From: Chloroflexota bacterium
GTDB lineage: Bacteria > Chloroflexota > Chloroflexia > QHBQ01
Direction: 5' to 3'
DNA length: 58,106 nucleotides
NCBI GenBank assembly: GCA_043754535.1
Contig: JAYUUN010000015.1
Span: 1-58,106, forward strand
The notes under the pieces: generated by a model
The model's input: only the letters and a program-made list of their open reading frames with translations
The model's database searches: none
What the model was told of the DNA's origin: nothing
Shown: positions 48,180 through 58,105 of the stretch, one piece after another
How positions within the stretch are numbered: position 1 is the first letter of the stretch
How the letters are laid out: each line of letters opens with the position of its first letter
Translations under genes and position numbers: made by a program

Positions 48180-48716
48180 ATGCTTGATTATAGTAGTGTA
48201 ATGGCAGCGGCTGATATTGTTCCCTTTGCCCGTAATGTGGACTGGCACACGCTGCCCGCTGAGACGAGCGAGTTGTTCACCGCCCTTGACGCATTGGCCG
48301 CGCAGGTGACTGACGAGCAGCTAACCTTCGTGCCACACGAGCCGCAGGCGGATGAGGAGCGGGGCTGGACTATCCCGCACATAGTAGCCCACCTGACCGC
48401 CTCGGCGGAGGAAAGTGGCGCGTTGGCCGCCGAGTTGGCGCGGGGGATTTTGGTCGAGAAGCGTTCACGCTACGAGGTGCCGTGGCAGGAGATTACCACC
48501 GCCCAGCAGGTGCGCGACCGTCTGCGTGAGAGCCGCCACATCTGCCTCTCCTACCTCGGCGCGTGGCCGGAGCAGCCACAACTGGAGGTTAGCTATGAGC
48601 CATTCCCCGGCGCGGGCGAGCTGAACGCTACTGCCCGCTATCTCCTCGGCCTCATACACACTCATACCCACCTCGGCCACCTACGCGAGACCCTGCGGCA
48701 GGCACAGGCCCACTGA
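48180..48716 (+). CDS. DinB-family protein
   Basis: WTIPHIVAH...HTHTHL metal-binding His pattern; AAGGAG RBS. Confidence 0.75.
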   Translation: MLDYSSVMAAADIVPFARNVDWHTLPAETSELFTALDALAAQVTDEQLTFVPHEPQADEERGWTIPHIVAHLTASAEESGALAAELARGILVEKRSRYEVPWQEITTAQQVRDRLRESRHICLSYLGAWPEQPQLEVSYEPFPGAGELNATARYLLGLIHTHTHLGHLRETLRQAQAH

Positions 48717-49008
48717 CCAGGCCACCACCCTGTCAATCAAGATTGAGAACAGGCTCAGCAGTAGTGTCTTGACTGTGATTGGTCAACTTGGTGTAAGGCA
48801 CCTGGCCTGGTCGCGCCCAGTGGCTAACATCCCCCGCCGCCAACTTCACCTGGTAAGTACGCGGGCAGCGTGGGCTGAGCCACACATCGGCTGGTGGCTG
48901 CTTGCCCGCCCCAGTGGTTAGAAGGGAGGCAGTTTGACCCTGGCAACAGAAGCGATTATAATAGGGGGCAAGCACCCCATCTGAGCCAGCACAGCCGAGG
49001 AGAAACTG

Positions 49009-49875
49009 ATGTCTAACAACAGCCCCAACCCACCAACCAGCAATCGTCCCAACCCGCCTACCAACAAGGGTAGCCGCCCTACACCCCCCCTCACGAAGGC
49101 ACAGCCAAAGGTGGCATCCACTGTCGTCCGTAAGCCGATCCAAACCAGCCCTGCTATTCCCTGGTACTTCTACGCTGGGGTTCTGGTCATGCTGGTCGGG
49201 GGAATCGCCTTCTTTGCTCTCTCCTCGGCCCAAACGATCAAGAACACCAACCCCGATATCAAATCGCGCACACCGATCAGCGTCGATGCAGCGCAACTTG
49301 CTAAGAGCGGGGTGACCATTGCGAAGGGCAACCCCAGCGCAAAGGTAACGATGGTTGAGTACAGCGACTTCCAGTGTCCTGCTTGCCAGTACTACTTCAG
49401 CAACGCCCTGGGTAAGCTGATGACCGAGTTCGTGGATACTGGCAAGGTCTATTACGTCTACAAGCCGCACCCACTTTCGCCCAACCCACACCCGAAGGCG
49501 ATGAAGGCAGCAGTCTACTCCCTCTGCGTGCGCGACCAGAGTGTGGATAGCTTCTGGAAGCTCCACGATCTGCTCTACCAGCACCAGAGCGACTGGGAGG
49601 GGGCTGACAAGGACGAGAACACCTTGTGGGCTGGCTATGCAACGCAAGCGGGGGCAAATCCGACGGCGGTGAGCAGTTGTGTGGCTGCCAACGGCACGAC
49701 CTACGAGGGGCAGATTAACGGCAACCTGAGCGAGGCACAGAGCTTCATGCCTGGTGGCCGTACCTACACCCCAATGATCATCGTTGGCAACAGCGTGCTG
49801 GCCCCTACTGGCTCCACCATCGCTCGCTACCTCCAGTACTTCCGCGACTACCTGAACGACGCGCTGAACAAGTAG
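49009..49875 (+). CDS. DsbA-family thioredoxin-fold protein, membrane anchored
   Basis: KGNPSAKVTMVEYSDFQCPAC; cis-Pro TP motif. Confidence 0.85.
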   Translation: MSNNSPNPPTSNRPNPPTNKGSRPTPPLTKAQPKVASTVVRKPIQTSPAIPWYFYAGVLVMLVGGIAFFALSSAQTIKNTNPDIKSRTPISVDAAQLAKSGVTIAKGNPSAKVTMVEYSDFQCPACQYYFSNALGKLMTEFVDTGKVYYVYKPHPLSPNPHPKAMKAAVYSLCVRDQSVDSFWKLHDLLYQHQSDWEGADKDENTLWAGYATQAGANPTAVSSCVAANGTTYEGQINGNLSEAQSFMPGGRTYTPMIIVGNSVLAPTGSTIARYLQYFRDYLNDALNK

Positions 49876-49883
49876 GAGGGGTT

Positions 49884-50444
49884 ATGAGCGTAGGAGACGA
49901 GAAATACCGTAAGATGAAGCCCGCCCAGATGGTCAACGCCCTGCAAGAGGTGCAGGCGGCGGCAGAGAACAACTATGCTCTGGTTCGCCCCTGGGCCAAG
50001 ATGTTGGTAGTCTTGCTGGCTTTGGCAGGGACGCTGCTGGCGGGCTACCTGACCTACCATCACTACGTTCTGAGCAGCCAGCCGCTCATCTGCTTCGTTG
50101 GCGGCACTGACTGTGAAGATGTGCAGAGCAGCGACTTCGGCTCGTGGTTTGGGGTGCCAGTGGCGGTCTTTGGGCTGATCGGCTACGTAGCGATCACCCT
50201 GGCGGCCCTGGTGGCCTTGCGGACGCATGGTCGCCTGCTGTTGGGGTTGACCAATGCACAGTTGGGGCTGGCGACCTTCGGCTTTGCCGCCAGCATCTAC
50301 TTCACCAGCATTGAGGCGTTTGTGCTGCACAAGTGGTGTGCCTGGTGCGTCGGCTCAGCGATCCTGATGACCCTTGTCTTCTTGTTCTCTATGGCAGACC
50401 GCCTGATGCTCCGCAAGGTGGCCTACGAGTACCCAGAGGAGTAG
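49884..50444 (+). CDS. Vitamin K epoxide reductase (VKOR) family protein
   Basis: Loop Cys pair (IC...DC..V..S), GVPVAVFG, CAWC active site; adjacent to DsbA. Confidence 0.9.
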   Translation: MSVGDEKYRKMKPAQMVNALQEVQAAAENNYALVRPWAKMLVVLLALAGTLLAGYLTYHHYVLSSQPLICFVGGTDCEDVQSSDFGSWFGVPVAVFGLIGYVAITLAALVALRTHGRLLLGLTNAQLGLATFGFAASIYFTSIEAFVLHKWCAWCVGSAILMTLVFLFSMADRLMLRKVAYEYPEE

Positions 50445-50506
50445 CAGTGCGGTTGAGTGATAGTGGTGAAGGGCAGGCCCGCCGCCTGCCCTTTTTGCCG
50501 CCCGCC

Positions 50507-52537
50507 TTACTTTAGCACGTAGATGCGCCACGTCCCCTCCACCCCTGCTGCTGGGTAGATGCGGGTCGTATACGGCCCGTCGTCGGCCAGGAAGTTGCTG
50601 GGGAAGACCCCCCGCCGGGCCACCTCCTGCGGGTTGGCGATCACGATGTGGCTGATGCCGAGGTCGCGCAGTCGTTGGCGCAGGTCGCTAGCCGGGCGGT
50701 TGGCATAGCGGCCCACATAGCCAGGGACGTGTTCTGCGTAGAGGTAGTCGCGGTCGAGATAGTAGGCGTGCGCACCCCAACCCATCAGCACCTTCGCCGT
50801 TGGGGGCAGGTTGGCGTTGGCCCACTGGATTGCGGCGTAGGGGCCAGCATAGCTGCCCGTGCTGATGTACTCCGCCTCTGTTTGCTGGCCCAGAGCGTGA
50901 GGCAGGGCAGCCCGCACGTAGAATGCCTCGTCGGCAGCCCCCAGCCCAACCGCCAGTCCGACCAGCCCCGCTACCACCAGCCCCAGCACAGCGGGCGGCC
51001 CGCTCCTCTGCTTCTTTACCTTGCTGCTGCCCTGCTCACTCTCTACCCACGCTCGTCCCATAAGCGCGTAGACAGCCGCCGCCACCAGGATCGCCAGCTC
51101 TGGCAGAGCCGAGATGAAGAAGCGGCTCATGTGGGCAAGGAAAAGTAGCCAGGCAGTCAGGTATAGCCCGGCGTAGAGGCCGACTAGAGCTAGGGGTGAA
51201 CGCAGGTTGACCTTCCTCACCAGGCCCAGCAACCCACCGACTGGCAGCAAGGCGAGGTAGAGTGGGCCAAGACCGTATGCCCACTTCGCTACGCTGTTGA
51301 AGCGCGCAGGGTACATCGTCGCATTCCAGGGCCAGACCAAGTAGCTGTTGAGCAGGTTCTGCCCAGCAGCAGTCCCCTGTGCGTCGAAGGCCGTGCCGCT
51401 GGGGTAGCGCATCCCGTACAGCACACTGAAGCCGTTGTTCTGGAGGCTAGCGTCGCTTGCCGTCCAGTACGCCCCGCCGAAGACGTTGTAGAGCCAGGGC
51501 CAGACTGGGTTGCCGCTAGCTAGCCACGCTCGCAGCGGCCAGGCCACCGCCAGCAGCCCCGCGACTGCCACGAAGCCCATCACCGCTCGCCCCGCCTGCC
51601 CACCTCCGCGCCGCTCGATTACCAGCACCTGCCAGCCGATCAGCAGAGCCAGGATTGCCCCACTGAAGATAGCCGTCTGCTTGCAACCGTAGGCCAGCCC
51701 TGCCAGCACCCCCACCAACACCAAGCCCCCATCCACCTTCCACCCCTGCACGGCAGAGTTAGCGAAAGGACGTACCCACAAGCAGAAGGCAGAGAAGGCC
51801 ATTGTGTCATAGAAGACGAGGTTGAGGTCAATGTTGGCGGTGATCGACTGCATCAGCACCAGCGGCGTGGTGTAGAAGATGGCGGTAGCCAGCAGGCTGA
51901 AGCGCAATCCCGCCCGCAAGTGGCGGCGACAGAGGGCGAAGACTGCCGCCGCACTCGCCAGCCCCATGCTCCAATGCAGCAGCCCAGCAAGCGTCTGCCG
52001 CCCAAAGGCCAGCGCGAGGGTGAATAGCATCTCGCCCGCTTGGGGCAACATCCCGCGATGGTCGAACAAGATGGGCAAGGTCGCGCCCGCCCGCAGGTAG
52101 GACTTGGGGAAGGCCAGGTGGTAAATCAGCGGATCCCAGTCGGTTGGTGGAGCCATTGCCCCAACCAGCGTTGCCGCCGCCGCCAGCAAGATCGCCGCTG
52201 CTAGCCCGGCTGTCACTGGTTGGCTGAACAGGATGGGCAAGCGGCGTATCACGGACCACATATCGCGCAAGGTGGCAACAAGGGAGTTAGTGAGCAAGGT
52301 GAGCAGGAACAGCAGGCCGATCAGGGCCAGCAACGCAGTGGGGTTGAGCAGATGCAGGCTGCCGAGCAGCAGCACACCCAGGCTGATCCCGCCCAACCCC
52401 ACCGCCGCCGCGAACAGCAGCCGCTCCAGGGCAGTCAGCCCTACCACCAGCCGCCGCACCAGCAGTAGTCCGTTAGCGGCAGCCAGCAGCCAAAGGGCCG
52501 CCAGTAGCAACAAGTCGAAGATGTTATTGAGCAGCAT
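50507..52537 (-). CDS. Multi-TM GT-C fold glycosyltransferase-like membrane protein
   Basis: >10 TM helices; WDPLIYHL, GNPVWP and GLGP motifs typical of ArnT/PMT-like GT-C proteins. Confidence 0.65.
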   Translation of the reverse strand: MLLNNIFDLLLLAALWLLAAANGLLLVRRLVVGLTALERLLFAAAVGLGGISLGVLLLGSLHLLNPTALLALIGLLFLLTLLTNSLVATLRDMWSVIRRLPILFSQPVTAGLAAAILLAAAATLVGAMAPPTDWDPLIYHLAFPKSYLRAGATLPILFDHRGMLPQAGEMLFTLALAFGRQTLAGLLHWSMGLASAAAVFALCRRHLRAGLRFSLLATAIFYTTPLVLMQSITANIDLNLVFYDTMAFSAFCLWVRPFANSAVQGWKVDGGLVLVGVLAGLAYGCKQTAIFSGAILALLIGWQVLVIERRGGGQAGRAVMGFVAVAGLLAVAWPLRAWLASGNPVWPWLYNVFGGAYWTASDASLQNNGFSVLYGMRYPSGTAFDAQGTAAGQNLLNSYLVWPWNATMYPARFNSVAKWAYGLGPLYLALLPVGGLLGLVRKVNLRSPLALVGLYAGLYLTAWLLFLAHMSRFFISALPELAILVAAAVYALMGRAWVESEQGSSKVKKQRSGPPAVLGLVVAGLVGLAVGLGAADEAFYVRAALPHALGQQTEAEYISTGSYAGPYAAIQWANANLPPTAKVLMGWGAHAYYLDRDYLYAEHVPGYVGRYANRPASDLRQRLRDLGISHIVIANPQEVARRGVFPSNFLADDGPYTTRIYPAAGVEGTWRIYVLK

Positions 52538-52683
52538 CAACGCAACCCTAGCAGGCGCAGCAAGGGGCTGACCAGCGGCGTACTCTCGCTGGCAGGCGCG
52601 AACAGGTAATAGCCAAAAACGTAGACGATCCAGAGCAGCCCCAGCACTGCCACTACCTGCGCCACCTGTTCTCTCCTATCCAC
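52537..52683 (-). CDS. 48-aa single-TM peptide translationally coupled to GT-C gene
   Basis: GTG start after GAGGAG; MDRREQVAQVVAVLGLLWIVYVFGYYLFAP...; TGATG stop/start overlap. Confidence 0.55.
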   Translation of the reverse strand: MDRREQVAQVVAVLGLLWIVYVFGYYLFAPASESTPLVSPLLRLLGLR

Positions 52684-52741
52684 CTGTTCTCCTCTCCACC
52701 AGCGATAATCTCTCTTAGTAGACAGGCAACCCCTGCGTTCT

Positions 52742-53137
52742 TCATTCAGCGACCACTAACCTCGGTTTTAGTAGCCACCAACCAGCCAGTAGCGCGAGCA
52801 GCAGCCAGATCGTTATAATGAACGCAGCAGCCCACCAGTTGGTCGGCTTGCGGGCCATCTCCGTTGCCCGCTGGCGGCACTCGGCTAGCACGGCTGGCGG
52901 GATCAGGCGCACCGCAATGGCTATACCCAGCGGCACGAGCAGCAGGTCGTCCAGGTAGCCGAGGATGGGGATGAAGTCGGGGATCAGGTCTATAGGGCTG
53001 AAGGCGTAGCCAACCACGCAGGCCGCGAAGATGCGGGCGGGCCAGCTTACGCGGCGGTCGCGGTAGGCAAAGTAGAGGGCGAACAGTTCACGCTTCAGTT
53101 GGCGCGCCCAACCGCGCAACCGATCAATGGTTCTCAT
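52742..53137 (-). CDS. YkvA / DUF1232 family membrane protein
   Basis: YAFSPIDLIPDFIPILGYLDD signature. Confidence 0.9.
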   Translation of the reverse strand: MRTIDRLRGWARQLKRELFALYFAYRDRRVSWPARIFAACVVGYAFSPIDLIPDFIPILGYLDDLLLVPLGIAIAVRLIPPAVLAECRQRATEMARKPTNWWAAAFIITIWLLLALLAGWWLLKPRLVVAE

Positions 53138-53214
53138 CTTGCCATCACCCTGTGATTGCGACAAATCAGTTTCTCCAACGTTAGTATGATCATAAGTCTA
53201 AAGGAGCATCACCG

Positions 53215-54423
53215 TTGAACGAAAGTAACCAAATCATCTGTGCCAACTGCGGCTACCACAACGAGGCAGGCAGCCGCTTCTGCAACCTCTGTGGTCGCAG
53301 CCTGAGCGCAACCGCCACCAGTGCCGCCCTGCCCACCAGCTTCGACCCAGAAGCGACCACCATGCTGCCCGACCCCGGCGCAACCGTGGTGATCGACAGT
53401 GCGCCTTACGACCTCTACGCTGCACCTAGCAGTATACTACCCCCAACGGCAGCTAACAACCCCCCGCCCTCCAACCCGCCCGACGCGGCCAACGCCCCCA
53501 CCCAACTCTACCAGCCCGCCGTCCGCCCTGCTCCGCGCCCGACAGCCCCCCGCCGCCCCTACCAGCCGCCCGCCGCAGAGTACCAGGAGGTAGCAGCAGC
53601 GGCGCAGCAACTCGATCCCCTAGAGCCGCGCCGCGCCCCGCTCTGGCCGCTGCTGTTGGCTGGGGCAGTCTTTGTCGCAGCGGCAATCGCCATCGCCCTG
53701 CTTCTCACCCAGCCCAAGCGCGATCAGCCGATAGCCGTTGGCCCTACCGCCACCGTGGTTGCCGCAGCCACGCCCCTACCCGCCGATGCAACTGCAACCA
53801 GTATCAGCCTCGCCCTGCTTAGTCCCACCGCGCTTGAAGCGTTGCCGACGGTGACGGCGATCCCGTCGACCGACACGCCAGAGCCGCCCACCTCCACCCC
53901 TGTGGTGTTGCCGACCGCCACGCCAGAGCCAGCGACCGCCACAGCAGTGCCGCCGACCGCCACAGCAGTGCCGCCGACCGCCACAGCAATGCAGCCCACG
54001 CCAACCCCGAAGGAGGACAAGCAGCCGACTGCCACCCCGCCCGCGCAGATCAAGCCCACGCGGGTGGCGCAACCACCTGACCCCGCCCCACTGCCTGGCG
54101 ACCCCAACGCCGCTCCGCCTGCCAGCATCAATGGCACGATCAGCCCGACCGAGGCTGAGGCTGGCAAACGCTTCCAAGTCCTGGGTCGCGGCTTCAACGA
54201 GGGAGAGGCGATTAGCTATTGGTTCACCAATCCGCAGGGGCAGGTGGCGGCAGACAGTCCCTTCACCCTGGTGGACGGCACCAACCCGAACGGCCAGGTG
54301 CGCTTCGCCTTCAGCGACGGCGACCTTGGCCTCAGCCTCAGCCCTGGGCTGTGGGGCTTGACCATGCAAGGCCAGGAGAGCAACCACCGCGCTATCTTCT
54401 ACTTCCGGGTGCTGGGCCGATAG
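53215..54423 (+). CDS. Zinc-ribbon, single-TM, Pro/Thr-rich membrane protein
   Basis: CANCG..FCNLCG; TM helix; PT-rich linker; C-terminal globular domain; TTG start after AAGGAG. Confidence 0.8.
   Translation: MNESNQIICANCGYHNEAGSRFCNLCGRSLSATATSAALPTSFDPEATTMLPDPGATVVIDSAPYDLYAAPSSILPPTAANNPPPSNPPDAANAPTQLYQPAVRPAPRPTAPRRPYQPPAAEYQEVAAAAQQLDPLEPRRAPLWPLLLAGAVFVAAAIAIALLLTQPKRDQPIAVGPTATVVAAATPLPADATATSISLALLSPTALEALPTVTAIPSTDTPEPPTSTPVVLPTATPEPATATAVPPTATAVPPTATAMQPTPTPKEDKQPTATPPAQIKPTRVAQPPDPAPLPGDPNAAPPASINGTISPTEAEAGKRFQVLGRGFNEGEAISYWFTNPQGQVAADSPFTLVDGTNPNGQVRFAFSDGDLGLSLSPGLWGLTMQGQESNHRAIFYFRVLGR
53935..53991 (+). repeat. 21-bp in-frame repeat (TATAVPP)
   Basis: accgccacagcagtgccgccg, two copies plus a partial third. 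Confidence 0.75.
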
Positions 54424-54433
54424 CTTAGCTGCG

Positions 54434-54463
54434 TTGACACTCACTTCGCTCGCTGGTTATAAT
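54434..54463 (+). promoter_or_regulatory. Sigma70 promoter of aminotransferase
   Basis: TTGACA-18nt-TATAAT. Confidence 0.7.
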
Positions 54464-54531
54464 GATAGGGGAAACCACAGACAAGCAGATCGCTAGCGCG
54501 GGCGCAAGGGCGCGCCGCTGAAGGAGCAAAG

Positions 54532-55734
54532 ATGACTGACAGCATCAACGGCAAGCACCTCGACCTCAGTCCAGAGGGGGTCGCCAGTGAGGAATACACT
54601 GTTACTTACCGCCAGACGGTCAACCTGCGTAGCCCCGGCCCCACCCCGTTGCCGCCCCGCGTAGTGCAGGCTATGACCCACGAGATGATCTTCCACCGCA
54701 CCCAGGAGTGCCGCGACCTGGTTGAGGATGTGGTGACCAACCTGAAGCAGGTGTTCCAGACGGCCCACGACGTGTTCATCTACCCTTCCAGCGGCACAGG
54801 CGGTTGGGAGGCGGCGGTCGCCAACCTGTTTTCCCCTGGCGACCACGTGCTGAACGTCTCCACCGGCGAGTTCGGTGAGCGTTTCGGCGAGGTGGCCGAG
54901 GCCTTCAACCTGCGAGTGGAGAAGATGGCTCTTGCCTGGGGAACGGCTGCCGACCCCGCACAGATCGAGGAGTTCCTGCGCCGCCCAGAAATGCGCGACA
55001 TTAAGGGTGTCCTCTGTGTCCACAATGAGACCTCTACCGCCGTAACCAACGACATTCAGGGGATCGCCCGCGTGGTCAAGGGTATGGGCAAGGTGCTAGT
55101 GGTGGACTCGGTCAGCGGCCTGGGCGGGATCAGCCTCGAACAGGATAACTGGGGGGTGGACGTGGTGCTTACCACTACGCAAAAAACCTGGATGTCACCT
55201 CCCGGCCTGATGATGATGTCGGTTAGCCCTGATGCCTGGAAGCTGCACGCGCAGGCGCAACTACCGCGCTACTACTGGGACTGGACGAAGGCCAAGAAGT
55301 TCATGGAGAAGTGGGAGACCCCCAACACCCCACCGATCAGCATCCTCTACGCGATCCAGGAAGCTCTACACATGATCGGCGAGGAGACGCTGCAAGGGGT
55401 ATTCGACCGCCACGCCCATCTCGCACAGTTGTGCCGTACAGGGGTGCAAGCCCTCGGCCTTAGCCTCTACCCTCAGGTAGACAGCCCCGCCCGCTACTCG
55501 AACACGGTCAGTGCCTTCAACCTGCCAGCGAGTGCGCCCAGCACTGCCGTGCTGAAGTTTATGCGCGAACGACACAAGACAGTGCTGGCGGGCGGTCAGG
55601 GCAAGACGAAGGAGACCATGCTCCGCATCGCCCACATGGGTTACGCCCATGAGGCCGATATCCAGTACGTGCTACTGGGCCTGCGCGACTGCATCGGCCA
55701 GCTTGCCCCACAGTTGCAGGCAGTAGCGGTCTAG
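54532..55734 (+). CDS. Class V PLP-dependent aminotransferase (alanine-glyoxylate/serine-pyruvate family)
   Basis: PGPTP, SGTG, HNETST, VDSVS and TQK (PLP Lys) motifs. Confidence 0.9.
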   Translation: MTDSINGKHLDLSPEGVASEEYTVTYRQTVNLRSPGPTPLPPRVVQAMTHEMIFHRTQECRDLVEDVVTNLKQVFQTAHDVFIYPSSGTGGWEAAVANLFSPGDHVLNVSTGEFGERFGEVAEAFNLRVEKMALAWGTAADPAQIEEFLRRPEMRDIKGVLCVHNETSTAVTNDIQGIARVVKGMGKVLVVDSVSGLGGISLEQDNWGVDVVLTTTQKTWMSPPGLMMMSVSPDAWKLHAQAQLPRYYWDWTKAKKFMEKWETPNTPPISILYAIQEALHMIGEETLQGVFDRHAHLAQLCRTGVQALGLSLYPQVDSPARYSNTVSAFNLPASAPSTAVLKFMRERHKTVLAGGQGKTKETMLRIAHMGYAHEADIQYVLLGLRDCIGQLAPQLQAVAV

Positions 55735-55750
55735 CTAACAACTGGCTGGC

Positions 55751-55790
55751 AGGGGGCGCAGATCATTGTATCTGCGCCCCCTTGTCGTTT
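55751..55790 (+). terminator. Terminator hairpin after aminotransferase
   Basis: agggggcgcagat-cattgt-atctgcgccccct. Confidence 0.7.
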
Positions 55791-55910
55791 CTGCTGCCCG
55801 TGATTGCCGCCGAAGCAGCGTAGTTGTGGTATACTGGCGGCGGTGTGCGGCTTGTGCCTCGTACCTCGTAGCTTGTTGCTCACATTTTGTAGCTCTTTAG
55901 GAGGAGACGT

Positions 55911-56918
55911 TTGGCGCATTTTGCCCTCTCTATGCTGGTCTGGCTGACCGCTGAAGACCCTCGCGTGGCGATCAAGATCGGTAATCTAGAAATCCGCTGG
56001 TATGGCCTGATCATCGCCTTTGGTGCGTTGATGGCAGCGGTACTCGCCAGTCGTCTGGCGAAGCTGAAGGGGATCAACCCCGACCACATCTGGCAGATAT
56101 TCCCCTGGGTGCTGATCGGCGGCATCATTGGGGCGCGCCTCAGCTTCGCGCTGGTTGCCCCCGCCAGCCAGTTCCCTGGCGGCATCCTGCAAGTCCTCAA
56201 TCCCTTCGACGGCGGCTTCGCGGGCCTGACTATCCAGGGTGGGCTGGTTGGTGGTTTTATTGCCGCTGCGATCTACTGCCGCCTGAACAAGCTCAACCTG
56301 ATGTCTCTGGGTGATGCAGCGATCCCTGGTGTGGCCCTGGCTCAGGCAATCGGGCGGCTGGGCAACTTCGCTAACCAGGAGGCTTATGGCGCACCCTGCA
56401 CCCAGGGCGAGTGGTGGTGCATCTCTATTGACGAACGTTTCAGACGGGCTGGCTACGCCGAGTTCAGCCGCTTCCAACCCACCTTCGCCTACGAGTTGGT
56501 CTGGAACCTGCTCAACGCTGCAATCCTGATCTGGCTGATCCAGCCTGCCCAGCAGAAGCGGTTCCGCCTCAACAATGGCGACCTGGCCTGGATATACCTG
56601 ATCTTCTACTCAGTTGGTCGTTACGTGATCGAAGGCATCCGCATTGACAGCCAGCAGATCGGTAGCTCCAAAGCTCCACAGGTGATCGCGATCATCTCCA
56701 TCGTCCTCGCGGTGGTGATCCTGATCCTTAGCCACACCGTCTTCCAGCGGCGGGCTAAACTGGCAGCGGCGGCGACTGGCGGCGGCCTCACCCTCGACGA
56801 AAGTAAGATGGTAGACACTACGGAGACCGAAGCCGAGCTAGAGGCGCAGGTAAACCCCGACCTGGCGGACGGTCTGCCCGCAGCCAGCACAGAGGAGGAG
56901 ACCCAGCGCAGCGGTTAG
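55911..56918 (+). CDS. lgt: Prolipoprotein diacylglyceryl transferase
   Basis: IRWYG, GARL, QAIGRLGNFANQEAYG, PTFAYE and GRYVIEGIR motifs. Confidence 0.92.
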   Translation: MAHFALSMLVWLTAEDPRVAIKIGNLEIRWYGLIIAFGALMAAVLASRLAKLKGINPDHIWQIFPWVLIGGIIGARLSFALVAPASQFPGGILQVLNPFDGGFAGLTIQGGLVGGFIAAAIYCRLNKLNLMSLGDAAIPGVALAQAIGRLGNFANQEAYGAPCTQGEWWCISIDERFRRAGYAEFSRFQPTFAYELVWNLLNAAILIWLIQPAQQKRFRLNNGDLAWIYLIFYSVGRYVIEGIRIDSQQIGSSKAPQVIAIISIVLAVVILILSHTVFQRRAKLAAAATGGGLTLDESKMVDTTETEAELEAQVNPDLADGLPAASTEEETQRSG

Positions 56919-58105
56919 TGGCGCGACTCGCTCTTGAGCAGCCACGCCTCGTCCACCCCCTCAGCTACGCGCAGGCGGGGTGCGCCACTCAGGTTGCTGA
57001 TGTAGAGCGTGCCATCCTCCAGATAGAGAACGCCAGTGCCATCGGCGGTCAGGCTGGGGCTGAAGGAGTAGCCATTCTCGGTATCCAGGGTCATCATCTG
57101 GCGGTCGGGCTGTTCGCCCTTGCGGTCGAGCAAGTAGAAGTCCGACTTGCTCTCGTCATGGGCATTGCCGTCGTAGACGTAGCTGCCATAGATGAAGTAG
57201 CGGTCACTGAGGGGGCGCAGGGTGCCGATAGATCCCCTCCGCTGGCGGCTGAACAGTAGCTTGCCCGCTGCATCATAGGCGGCAAGTTCGAGTTGGCTGT
57301 GGTCTGTGGCTTCCGTAATGGAACAGAGGCTGCGACCCCAATGATCGAGTTGGCAAGTGCTGTTGTGGTCGGCAGCGTTGGGCGGCCAGGGCTGTACCTT
57401 GCCGCTACCCAGGTCGACCCAGTAGTTATGCGACTCACTATTAGTGTTTTGCTCGTGCAGCATAGCTTGTTTCCCCTGCCCATCGCTGGAGAAGTAGAAG
57501 CTGGAAGGATAGCGGCTGCTCTTGTTGGGCAAACTGGCTAGCTGCTGATCCTCCCCGCTCAGGTTGTTGCGGCGCAGGCTGTAGCCGTCCTCCTCTTTCG
57601 TCAAGTAGAGCAGGCTGGGCGGCTGACCGACTACTTGCGCCTGCTGCACCATGCCTTTTACCTGGGTGATCCGTTCGCTGCGCCTGGTAGCCAGGTCGTA
57701 GCGGTAGAGAACCGGGTCGCGGTTGCCTGCACTGGTGCGGTCGCTGTCTATCATGTAGTAGAGGCTGGTGTCACTATAGGGATTGGTACCGAGGGGGAGC
57801 AGGATGCTGCCGCTGACTGATGGGCTGCTACTGGCAGTCGCCACATCGTAGTAGCGGAAGCTATTCTGGGACTCAGCCCCGCTACCCTCCTCGCCATATC
57901 CAGGGAAGTGGTACTCGCTCAGCAGCACGCCCTTGCCATTGTTGGTCAGGAAGCCGTGGTTGTTGATGTCAGGACCGCTGCGGGTAGCGGGCAAAGTCGA
58001 GTGCTGGTCGGTCGTAGTGTCGTAATAGACGACCCCGCCCTGTCCCTTCTCATAGCTGTAGAGGATGCGGCTGCCATCGGGCGAGATGCTGTAAGGGTAG
58101 CTGCT
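56915..58105 (-). CDS. TolB/WD40-like beta-propeller protein (3' part; start outside window)
   Basis: Frame open to window edge; repeated SPDG/SSDG/TADG-LY blade-like motifs. Confidence 0.65.
   Translation of the reverse strand, partial: SSYPYSISPDGSRILYSYEKGQGGVVYYDTTTDQHSTLPATRSGPDINNHGFLTNNGKGVLLSEYHFPGYGEEGSGAESQNSFRYYDVATASSSPSVSGSILLPLGTNPYSDTSLYYMIDSDRTSAGNRDPVLYRYDLATRRSERITQVKGMVQQAQVVGQPPSLLYLTKEEDGYSLRRNNLSGEDQQLASLPNKSSRYPSSFYFSSDGQGKQAMLHEQNTNSESHNYWVDLGSGKVQPWPPNAADHNSTCQLDHWGRSLCSITEATDHSQLELAAYDAAGKLLFSRQRRGSIGTLRPLSDRYFIYGSYVYDGNAHDESKSDFYLLDRKGEQPDRQMMTLDTENGYSFSPSLTADGTGVLYLEDGTLYISNLSGAPRLRVAEGVDEAWLLKSESRH

Noticed and set aside
48733..49647. 304-aa minus-strand ORF
   Set aside because: Mostly antisense to dsbA; no recognisable motifs or RBS.
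49009..50444. DsbA-VKOR pair as a novel system
   Set aside because: A well-known disulfide-bond formation pathway in bacteria lacking DsbB.
54464..54580. Possible glycine riboswitch before the aminotransferase (GCTGAAGGAGCAA)
   Set aside because: The match coincides with the RBS; the upstream GGAGA and downstream CTCTCAGG elements are missing.
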